Part shown: positions 1 through 10,181 of the stretch, one piece after another | Position numbering within the stretch: position 1 is the stretch's first letter | How the letters are laid out: the number at the start of each line of letters is the position of its first letter | Assembly: GCA_010909165.1 (NCBI GenBank) | Contig: MU008192.1 | Coordinates: forward strand, 552,364 to 616,363 | DNA length: 64,000 bases | DNA from: Anthoceros angustus | Taxonomy: Eukaryota > Plantae > Anthocerotophyta | Reading direction: 5' to 3' | Notes under the pieces: model-generated | Seen by the model: only the letters and a program-made list of their open reading frames with translations | Told to the model about the DNA's origin: nothing | Database searches by the model: none | Position numbers and translations under genes: made by a program

Positions 1-966
1 GGCTAGGGAGCGGTATCCTCAATCGGAAGCCGCGATTCAAGACCAGCTCCGGCACGATTCTCCTCCATCACGTGTGTCGGCTCGCAAGTTTCAGGCTCAT
101 TCCTCCCTTCGTTCACAATTTCCCTTCCTCTTGCTCTCGACGTCTTAGCTGCGTGTTGTTCGGCTGCATGCGATTTTTCGCGTCCCCGGGCTTACACTTT
201 CCGCCACGCCCTCCTGCGTTCTAACTCCTCTACTTCTGGCTGCAGGGCTTGGCTCTGGACGCTCCACATCGGTCGTAGGCCCTGTCCGCTTCCTCAGTCG
301 TGACGAGATCCCACTGGCTTCCATTGCGACAAAATCCCAGCTAGAATTGAAACGGTTAGAGCATGGCGATCGACACTTAATCAGCGATTTGTGGTGCACT
401 TAAGCTCTCCCTTGCACCCTTCTTCACATGCGACAGACAGTGACCAGATAACCTGTTGGAACAAGGCTGATTGGAATCGAAATTGAATTCCACTTGCAGA
501 TCGTGCAGGATCGTGGGCTTGTGTCCAGCTTGGCACGTTACCGACTGTCGCAAGTGCTTCCAACGGGGTGCTGCTGATCGCTGCCTTGTGGACCTTCCTT
601 TGGACTAGAAGGGTGCGAGCCCATGTGTGAGTACCGACGTCAAGTTCACCGATCTCAAGATGTATCCGCCATCACCATCGCGGCGGTACTAGTTGGAAAT
701 CCTCTCGGTCTTTGAAATTACTGCATGATCATCACCACGGCACAGGCCAGAACTTGACTCGGTTGCTGCTCGTGCACGGAGATTGCAAGTTTCTGACTGT
801 TTGCTTAACCACGCATTCGCCGGTGTTCAAAACTTCAACACTCACTTAAGCACGACAAGTGACAGAATTTCTGACCATCCTCAACCAATACGGCCAATTA
901 CGTTTAGCAGGTCCTGCATCTCGACTTGTGACACAAAACCCGTTTCCATTGCAGGGTGCTTGTGTA

Positions 967-1245
967 AAGAATCTGAAGCGTCAAAACGCCTCTTGCATCG
1001 TCTTGGGTCCAAGACCTCACGACTGCAAGGTGACAGGAACTTGAAGCGTCAGAACGCCTCTAGCTTGCATCGTCTTGGGTCCAAGACCTCACGACTACAA
1101 GGTGACAAGAACTTGAAGCGTCAGAATGCCTCTTGCATCGTCTTGGGTTCAAGACTTCACGACTACAAGGTAACAAGAACTTGAAGCGTCAGAACGCCTC
1201 TTGCATCGTCTTGGGTCCAAGACCTCACGACTGCAAGGTGACAAG
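967..1245. repeat. 68-bp minisatellite, ~4 copies
   Basis: Unit AAGAACTTGAAGCGTCAGAACGCCTCTTGCATCGTCTTGGGTCCAAGACCTCACGACTACAAGGTGAC starts at 967, 1035, 1107 and 1175. The second copy carries a 4-nt insertion. Confidence 0.95.
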
Positions 1246-1256
1246 TCTCCTTAAGC

Positions 1257-2650
1257 TCAAATCCTCTGGCCTTGGTGCGGTTTCTCCTCTTTCTCTACCA
1301 TCGCAGCTATCACACATTTTTGCACCATGGTGGGAGCGCTCGCCCACCCGAACGGCATGGCTCTGTTCAGCTTTCCGTTCTTGATCCTTCCTGCTTCACT
1401 GAAGCTGCTCCACTTCGCGATCTTTCTTGCCCTACCCAAGTGGCTCTGCTTCTTGCCTTCTTTTTTCTGGCACTTCTCCAGTGCACTCCCCATCTTCCTT
1501 TCACCTAGGGGTAAGGATCCCGCCTTGACATCCGCTCTCTGACGAAGGCCTCTGCCCCCTCGAAATTACCGTGGGATTCCCACCAGATCCCGAGCCAACG
1601 GAGAATCAAGACACTTCGCCCAGGCTTGCCTGACCACGCCCTGCCCGGTGATCACTCCCCACTCCTGCATTGTCCGTGTGGAGCTTCCCGACACTGAGGC
1701 ACAACCAATCAAAGATCGCGATCTCTTGAGTCATGTCTCGACGATCGCCTGGCACGAGATGGGCGCAGATGCGCCTAGACATCTCGACGAGCTGTCCGAC
1801 CACCAGAAGAAGCCCCCTGCAGGAATCGAGAGAGCCTAATTATGGGAGCACCTGGTTCTTGTACCCCCCGCGTCCCGGGTTCCGACCTTTTCTTTACCTG
1901 AGCTAACTTAATTCATCGGATGGGTTAGTGACTAATCAAGTTAGAACTCGCTTAGTCTAACCTCTAGTTCTAACCTTGTTTCCTTTGTCTAGCTCTAGCG
2001 GCTATGTCCTAGGCATGCCCCACGCTGCTCACCGCGGCCATTACTGTATGCCAGCCTTTCATCCGGACGCCTCGATCGTGTGTCCAGCCCTTCTCGTTGA
2101 GTCGCTTCTTCTCCTGGCCTCACGGCGATAGGCCGCGGTAACAAGGTCTCGCACGCGTGCAGTAGGCCTTGTCTCCACGCCTTTGTTTGTTTGGCTAGGG
2201 CTTGGGCCGCATCTATTTATTCGTGCAATCGCTACATTCCCACTTCTCAAATATCTCGTCCACATACCCACCACTTCTTCATCAACCTTCGCCACGCAGT
2301 AATCAAGTGTCCTGTTGTCCACGATTGTGATATCGAACCTGGGGCTATGCTTTGTCGATCCCACTTGGGGATCCTCAGGGGCATACATCCACTTCCAACA
2401 TCGCACTTCGAGCCCTTCGCTCTCTTGCACATCAACTCACTTCTGATGTAACGTACCCTGTCCATGAAGGTGAATGTCTTCCTGGCATCTGCGATGGTGT
2501 TGTGGTCTATGGCTACGATCCTCATCTCGTCCTCAGTGAGTCCAGCTAGCACATATGCATCCATCCACTTGAACTCTTCCTTCCTTGAACTCTCCCTTAG
2601 GCTAAGGAACGCAACCTTCCTTTGTTTCCCATGTGAGAGACCCTAAGACA
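1257..2650 (-). pseudogene. Decayed coding region of unknown, probably mobile-element-associated protein (weak ParB/Srx-like motif spacing)
   Basis: Minus-strand frames join into protein-like text: SHGKQRKVAFLSLRESSRKEEFKWMDAYVLAGLTEDEMRIVAIDHNTIADARKTFTFMDRVRYIR, then after a shift LDYCVAKVDEEVVGMWTRYL. A further long frame with two stops runs 1257-1820. Lies in a GC-rich block that ends abruptly near 3300. Family resemblance is from memory only. Confidence 0.35.
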
Positions 2651-2896
2651 CGGGACGTTCCTTCGTTTTCCATGTGAGATACAGTAAGGAAACGAAGGAA
2701 GGTCCCATCCACATCCTGTGCAATTTGCATAATCAATTTGCCGGGCAAAAGAAACGTGGGAAAGAGTTGATTACTATAGTCCCATGGTGGAAGGTTAGAT
2801 GGTATCATGGTGAGCAACCTTGAAGGATAAGCTGACCATGGTGGCTCGATGGACATTTTGAGCTACAGCATCTGTGGAGCAGACGGGCTGCAGGAT

Positions 2897-3054
2897 GAAG
2901 GCATGGCTACAACAACTTAGGGCATGCCTAGGTGGGTGACAAATAGGCTAGGTAGTGAGGCTAACTAGTAGGAGGACGAAGGCATGACTACAACAACCTA
3001 GGGCATGCCTAGGTGGGTGACAAATAGGCTAGGTAGTGAGGCTAACTAGTAGGA
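2897..3054. repeat. 81-bp direct duplication
   Basis: GAAGGCATG(G/A)CTACAACAAC(T/C)TAGGGCATGCCTAGGTGGGTGACAAATAGGCTAGGTAGTGAGGCTAACTAGTAGGA at 2897 and 2978. Confidence 0.95.
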
Positions 3055-4005
3055 TAGCTAGGCTAACCTGGAAGACCTGGACGCACAACGGTCGGAGCTG
3101 GGGGCTACTTAGCCGATGCTAAAAACAAGAACACTCTCTCGTTTCTGTCACAATAGGTGACCAGCTTGGATCCAGACAGACTCGGGACACGAAGCCACCA
3201 CACCGCGCAGGAAACGGGCTAGATATTCAGAAAACGGGTACCCACTCAAACCTCGTTCCGAACGGTATGTCAAGAACCAACGGAACGGGATCCGTAATAA
3301 CGCGTACATGTATAATTAGTTAAATACGTAAATAGGAAATTAGACAGTGTAGAAACGTGTAAAGAACCTCATAACCGTAGCCACAATCCGTTACTGCAAG
3401 GGTTCTTGGCATGAACGCAGCCAAGCCCTTATGTACCCACAAATCGTGAAAGAACACACGAAGTACAAGCACAATGCTGTGTGCTAATACATGGACCATG
3501 GAATTGGCACTTTTGGCACATGATGGAGGAGGGGGCATCCTGAAAATAGCCGTTGAATATAGAAAATCTCAAAATATACTTACGTTCACCTGTTCAATGG
3601 AACTCATATTGTGCAACATAACTCCAAAGAGGTTGATCTTTTTAGGGTTAACTTCACAATAACTACAAATATCTAGGCTTCTTGTAAGGGACCAGCGTAC
3701 AACGAGGCATTAATTGATGATTAGATTTAGATATAGTGTCAATCTCTCTCTTTACTAGAAAGAAATACTTATAAATGAACACCTATATTCAATCTATCTA
3801 CATCACTAATTTAATTATTAGTAATAAGTTATAAATATATAATTTATTTTATATGATTAAATTATATGTAAGTACTATTTTATTATATAATCATATTTAA
3901 AATCTTTTATGTTGACTTTGGTGATACTATCATAAATATATATTTTAATTATATAAAAAAATTACATCCGTAATAGATATCCTAGACCTTAAAGAAATAA
4001 AACTA

Positions 4006-4473
4006 TTAATATGGTGCAGGACAAGCATCTATGACACGATCAAAACTATATTCAAACCGGCAATCTACTAGATAGATTTCAGCGTCGCCAGCATTAGGAC
4101 ATAACTTGAATAACAATTCGTCCCGACTGACTTGGAGACATAATAGACATTGCTCTTCACTGGACATGCTAGCACCTAAAGCATAGCAAGTGACGGATCC
4201 CCAAAGTTGGTAATAAGGAGGATGAGTAGTGACTAGTCTTGAATAGAAAGGGAAATTAACACCTTTCATTTGTTGTGACCCTAATTGAACAAGTTTTTGT
4301 GTTGCAACTCGCATGAAAATATTCGCTAGTATATAGCTTATGTTTGGGCTTCCACAACGATATTTAACTATTTCAACATTGGGAGATATTGATTCTATTT
4401 TGCATGCATTCATAAATATAGCAAAGATAATCATGCTCGTGAAAGCATAGCTCTTCTTCTTTTTGGGCGCCAT
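4006..4473 (-). CDS. Secreted single-domain DUF26 / Gnk2-homologous (stress-antifungal) cysteine-rich protein, 155 aa
   Basis: Intronless ORF with a hydrophobic N-terminus (YAFTSMIIFAIFMNAC). Gnk2-type Cys pattern WGSVTC...EQCLLCLQ...LCPNAGDAEIYLVDCRFEYS, with a slightly longer first Cys spacing than the canonical C-X8-C-X2-C. Confidence 0.8.
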   Translation of the reverse strand: MAPKKKKSYAFTSMIIFAIFMNACKIESISPNVEIVKYRCGSPNISYILANIFMRVATQKLVQLGSQQMKGVNFPFYSRLVTTHPPYYQLWGSVTCYALGASMSSEEQCLLCLQVSRDELLFKLCPNAGDAEIYLVDCRFEYSFDRVIDACPAPY

Positions 4474-4999
4474 TAAAAGAGTGCTTCTATCATAGCTATG
4501 TCCCTAAATTGCCAAATGCACACAATCTATATGTTTTTTGTTGGTTTTTTGTGTACAAATATTTCATGGATAGTCTTCAAAACGAGGGTATTTTTGGCAA
4601 GATACAAAAGAATCTTTTACTGACTTGATGCAACTTACCAATCTAGTAGAAGTCTTGGGGTATAAGCTTATAAATTACGGTCTACAGATGTCTTTGGGGA
4701 GTACAAATCTTGAGAACTTTTTGGAATGTGTTTTTATATATGTTATTCATTGCATATATAAATATAATTATTTTATACATGATTTATACCTTGTTGGTGT
4801 GTACACGGAACTATGTGGATACTTGGTCAATGCTTTGATAAGATTAAAGGTCCTTTGTAAAAAATATTTTAATGGAGGAAACATCTTGTATGTGTAAAAG
4901 TTTGGAGGTAATTTATTGGTCAAAAAGGAATTGATCCATCACGCTACATAAGCAAAAACAAAGATTACTATGATGGAATTGAAGTCCACAGAGTTTTGT

Positions 5000-5129
5000 A
5001 AAAGAGCAAAAGACCATTCAATCGGTAGGTGTAAAAAGAGCAAAAGACCATTCAATAATAGGTGTGAAAAGAGCGAAAGACCATTCAATATTAGGTGTAA
5101 AAAGAGCAAACGAGCATTCAATAGTAGGT
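5000..5129. repeat. 33/34-bp minisatellite, ~4 copies
   Basis: Unit AAAAGAGCAAAAGACCATTCAATAATAGGTGT with variants. Confidence 0.9.
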
Positions 5130-6493
5130 CCAAATTGACATAATTCTATCACTATGATGGAGGATGTTCACCTATGGCGGAGTAGTCAAGGTGTCTGATC
5201 AAGTTGGTGTTTATGTGGAAGATGAAGTCACATATTGAGTTTAAATTATCATCTATCTTTCAACAAAAAATTCAAACGCAAATGATGTCGTAATGCACTC
5301 AAATTCTTGTGGAGGCTAGTCCCCCTAGCATGATGCCCTTCGTTAAGTTTTCCCCCTCTTGTTTTTGGGGTGGATGGGTATTTCCCATTTCGTTTTTATA
5401 ATAAAGTCTTCTTTCCGCTCAAAATTCTTGTTGAAGTAAAAAGATACTTTCTTCTCAATGAAATCTTACTTTTGTCGCCACACACTGTGCAGAGCTGCCT
5501 ATTGTAAGAACCCTATGGGATTACTTCAACGAAACCCTTGTGCGGGTTTGGAAATTGTGATTAGAACGTTTAAGACAGCTAGAGTTTTGTACAAAGACAA
5601 CTAGGGTTTATATCGAGTGACTTCTCTTGAATCACTTAAAGTATACCTAGCTAGAATATAGAATACTATAGTTTAATTTGTATTGGATGATCTATAGATC
5701 ACCATGATCTAGGTACTATTATTTTTTTCACATGCTGTACAAAATATCTTTACGGTCTTTACAAAACAGCTTGATGGTGCACGTGTGAAAATAATTTTCC
5801 CTAAGTAAGACAAGTATTACCATTACGACAGACAATCACTTACTGTAATGTCTATGTAAAAAAGATGTAGATCCACACAACAAGGTAAATCAAGATATAA
5901 GTTTTCGTACATCACATACTATAATATATATCTATATAAGAAAGACGTAGTTCCACAATACAAGTTGAATCTAGATATAAGCTTCTGCAAATGGGTACGG
6001 AAGTTCATCCTTACATCCTTACACCGTTGACGGTCTGGCAGGCAATATATTTTTTTTCTATTTTAAAATATAAAAGGAATATACCAAATTCTTAAAATCA
6101 GGGTATCGTTGGTTTCAAAATTTGTGTCCTTGGTAGGGATCATATATCAAGTTTTTGAGAAATTCAACAAGTTCTCTTTTTCCGTTTATGTTACCCATAT
6201 TATAAGGATGGAGGAGAAAGTTGCTTGTGAAGATCTCGATACTTATGAGGAGCTGGATACCTATTTTACCAATGGCCTTGCACCGACAGCAGAAGGACAA
6301 GAAGACAAGGTATGTGTTGAAGAGCTTTTGATGCCCCTGGTACCCGTACCTGGTAGATCGAAAGTTGCAAAACCATGAACATGTGATTCGTGTGGTGTGA
6401 CTCATGGTGTACCGGTACGCTCTCTCGCAACCCAATGACACTTTGGTCAGCAAACTCCACCACTTTTTTGTGTGTTGAAATACCTGCCGATGG

Positions 6494-6590
6494 TTTCTGT
6501 TAGCTCTATGCATCACGCCTGTGAAAAGTAGGCCTTCTGCCTTTCTGTTAGCTCTTTGCATCACGCCTATGAAAAGTAGGCTTTCTGCCT
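6494..6590. repeat. 48-bp direct duplication
   Basis: TTTCTGTTAGCTCT(A/T)TGCATCACGCCT(G/A)TGAAAAGTAGGC(C/T)TTCTGCC at 6494 and 6542. Confidence 0.9.
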
Positions 6591-6954
6591 TTCCAGCTTT
6601 CAGCAGGCCTGTGACTATATTCTTACTGCCGGTTTGATGGACGTACGTGGTGCCCGATTTATCATGGCCTTGCTGACCTCAATCAAGCCAGAATCGGGGG
6701 AGCCGAACGAGCGACGTAGGCGAATCAATTTCATGCTGCCTGGACATTCTGTGCTGATCGTGAGCGCTGGCCGGCACCCGAGTTGCTCCAACGTCAATCC
6801 CGCAGCCTAGACCTGATCGATTGCCACAGCTGCAAGAGGTTTGTCAGTTTCTACAAGTCCAGTTGTTGGGCAGAGGCAGAGGCAGAGGCAGAGGCAGTGG
6901 CTGTGGCTGTGGCGGTGGCTGTGGGCTGTGGCATTTCCTGGGTTTCAGGCATCC

Positions 6955-9201
6955 ATGGAAAGCAGCAGGCCCGCCGCGGCTCCCCCGGCTTCGCTGAATT
7001 GCAATGCGGCAACGGCGACTGTGACGCCCGATGACTGCAGGAAGGCGCCTGCCGGCGGGGAGGACCTGGAGGCCGGGAAGGCGCAGGCAGAGATCCCGCA
7101 TGTTTTGCCGTTGCCTGTCGTGGCTTATGTTAGTTATAGGGACATTCTCAAGCATTTCACCATCCTTGGATGGACCGCGTTCGGTGGACCGGCTGCGCAC
7201 ATTGCCATATACGAGAAGGTTGGTTTTGTGATGTCGGCTTCCCAATGCGCGTGTGTGTCTGTGTTAACTTTGTGTTTCACATTCCTGGATGACTTGTTGA
7301 AAGCCAATGTGTCCACCGCTTGTTGAAAGCCAAATGAGCAAGCCACAGCTTGTTGAAAGCCAATGTGTGTGTGTGCGCTAGTCTTTCAGTTTGCTGTGTG
7401 CACTTTGTTCCCTTTCCATCTGAGGACGACGACTCTCTTGCTTTTTTATTATGATGTTGTTGGCGAGTTTGTGGATAGGGAATTGAAAGTTGCAGTGTTG
7501 TCGTTGCCTTGGTTGGGTGCAGCGTTTGGTGGACCAATTGCACTGGATGACCACGGATGTGTTTGCAGAACTCTTCGCCCTGGCACAGTGCTTGCCGGGG
7601 CCTACATCCAGCCAGATCTCCTTCACTGTAGGGATAATAAAACGAGGAGTAAAAGGTGGGGTACAGTGTGTGAACACAGCTTCTTCATGTGCTTGCCGCT
7701 GTGGTGGTGAACACAGCGTCAGCTAACTCGTTTGCACTGTCTTCCTGCCTGTTTGCTGCTTGTAGGAGGACTGCTGTCGGGGTTCCTTTTTCAGTACCCG
7801 GGCTCCTTCATCATGACACTCGTGGGTCTATTTGCCGCCAGGCGGATGGAGAACCCCACGCCAGCGTTCAACGGCCTTGTGGCAGGTATGTTTGATGCCA
7901 AACCGGCTCACTTCCCACCTGACATCCAAATGGTAGGCATGCGTTTCCGGTGTGACATGGGTTGCTGTGTCTCACGTCCTTCCAGGTATCTCAGCCGTGG
8001 GTGTGGCCTTGGTGGCGTCTGCCGCCAAGTCTCTTGGGCGGAAGCTCTGTGCGCGGCGTGTGCTGGCCTGCATCTGCACAGCAACCACAGTCATCGCCTA
8101 CACCTGGCCCAAGCCCTACACTTTCCCCTGCCTCATCATCAGTGGTGGCATCGTCAGCCTCCTGTGGTCTCTCTACACGAAGGAGACTCTCCCTTCCATC
8201 AAGGTGGATTCACCTCTGCATCTGTCATCGCTCTCTGTCAACCACGCCTCGATCTTTGCACTTTTTTTTTGACGTCGGCCCGGATCCCAATATTCCCAGG
8301 TTGATCAAGACGAATCTGTCCGATCCCATGGCTTCAACATGCCCGTCGGGGCATCCCTCATCGCTCTGTGGCTCATAGTGCTGGTCACGTCGATCGTGCT
8401 GGTCCACGGGGTTGTGAGCCACCCCCCGCAGACGCTGCTATGGTGGGAGATGTTCTTCAGGACAGGATCGGTCATATTCGGCGGAGGCCAGGTCGGTCAC
8501 TGGGTCCTCAAGATTCCTCCCTTCTCCATACACAGACCTCGTCTAATAGTCCTGTCATGCCAATTGCTCAGGTGGTTTTGCCCGTCATGTACGCCAGCGT
8601 CGTGCAGCGAACCTGCGATGCCACGGGAAAATGCTCGGACGCGCGGGACACCTGGATCACCAGCAAGCAGTTCTACGCGGGTCTGGGAATTGTGCAGGTG
8701 AGGGATGAGTTCGGATTGCTGTTTCCCTCGCGCATTGAATGAAAAAATGAACCCAGCTCTCTGGCAATTCAGGCTCTTCCAGGCCCTCTCTTCAACTTCT
8801 CCACCTACCTGGGCACGATCATGGCCCTGAATGCGGGCTACCCCTTCATCTTGGGCGCTGCCATGGCCTGGTTCGGCATGTTCTCCCCCGGCATCCTGCT
8901 CCTCTTCGGCGTGCTGCCATTTTGGGGCCGATTCCGGAGGTGGGATCACTACAGGAGGGCGCTGCCTGGCTTCAACGCGGCCGGAGTGGGCTTGATCGTC
9001 ACCAGCGTCTTCACTCTCACTTTGGGAGTCCTGGAGCAGTCGTCATTGCCCAAGGGAAGCTTGTGCCTGGGCATCCTTGGCTTCGCTGCTGTGGACCAGT
9101 TGAACTGGTTCCAGCCTCTGGTGGTGCTCGGCGGAGGCCTGCTGGGCGTCTTCATCTGGCCCATCTACTGCGCACTACATCCATCCAGCCATTCTTGCTG
9201 A
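6955..9201 (+). CDS. chrA: Long-chain chromate ion transporter (CHR/ChrA family), 7 exons, ~493 aa
   Basis: Hand-built model join(6955..7218,7523..7655,7766..7885,7986..8203,8300..8491,8572..8697,8773..9201). All introns are GT-AG, phases are consistent, total 1482 nt. Both CHR repeats are present: GWTAFGGPAAHIA / LPGPTSSQ and FRTGSVIFGGGQVVLP / ALPGPLFNFSTYLG. The start ATG is the first in-frame one; a possible 5'-UTR intron lies at 6839-6948. Confidence 0.9.
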
Positions 9202-10181
9202 CCACGTTCTCCGAGAACAATCTTTGAGTCGCTCTCAGTTAATGCAAAATTTTGGAATCATCGGAGCGGGAGTGCAATCGCCCATCGCTGCGAGCCGAGT
9301 GGAGGGGTCTGTGGCATTGTCGATCAAACAATGAGGCGGCTCCCCATCGCGTTTGCTTTGTGCGAAGATGTTAGATGCTCACGATGTGGCCTCTTCGGCT
9401 TGTTGAAATCGACCGAGCAACCAGCTCATGTACTTTGGTGTAACCAACATAAGACGAATGTCCTTCTCCACTCGGAACTTGTCTGTAGTGAAGTTTTCGT
9501 TGTGGTGTTAAGACTTGAAGTGCGGCAGCGCTTTCGGGGGATCAGGAGGAGCGTGGAGGAACCATGGCGGGTGCTTCTGCCGACATCATGTTGAGGGTCC
9601 TTCTGCGAAATCACAGCCATCTCATGAGGCGAAGAACGAGCAAGAGGAAGGCCGTATCCTCAAGCCTTGGCAGTTTATCCTCTCAAGTCCTAAATTTTCC
9701 TTCGTAACCCTCTGAAGCAACGTAGCAAGGCTGAACAGCTGATGTCCCAACCAAAGAACAAAGCATGCAAATGGGCGAAGGCCTCGAAGAGACCCGTATG
9801 TCGGAAGAGAGGACGAGACCGCATGGCGTTTCAGGTGTTTCAAGTCCTGGACATTTTATGCCTCTTGCTTTGCTTCATGGGGAATTTGTGGACGAGTATT
9901 GGAGTTGGGTCGCAGTCGGATCGCTTGTACCTTCTGCAGAATGCAGATCAAGCCGTGTTCCTCAGACATCACCTGGAACTCGGGAGCGTAACGACCAGAG
10001 TAAGAGTCGGGGCCAGAGTAAAGTCCAGCGTAAGGTTGCGAGGCCAGAGTAAGATTGGAGAGGCCACGGCAGCTACAAAGATGGAGCCTTGCCAAGGCTC
10101 TCAAGCAGGCTCCAAACAAATCATTTCAGCGGGAAAAGAGGGGACGCCAGGTTGTCATTTCGAGGTCCAAGTCCCGTCGCA

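Noticed and set aside
967-1245. CRISPR-like appearance of the 68-bp, 79-bp (13688) and 118-bp (32684) arrays
   Set aside because: Intervening sequences are homologous rather than unique spacers, there are no cas genes, and the context is eukaryotic.
3430-3660. Possible small Cys-rich peptide (MCQKCQFHGPCISTQHCACTSC) on the minus strand
   Set aside because: Needs a 44-50 bp intron (too short for a plant), has no signal peptide or clear start, and does not match a defensin pattern.
4939-5133. Leucine-rich ORF resembling an LRR
   Set aside because: The periodicity comes from the 33-bp minisatellite; no LRR consensus.
6115-6564. 149-aa minus-strand ORF
   Set aside because: No motif, built partly from the 48-bp duplication; likely a chance frame.
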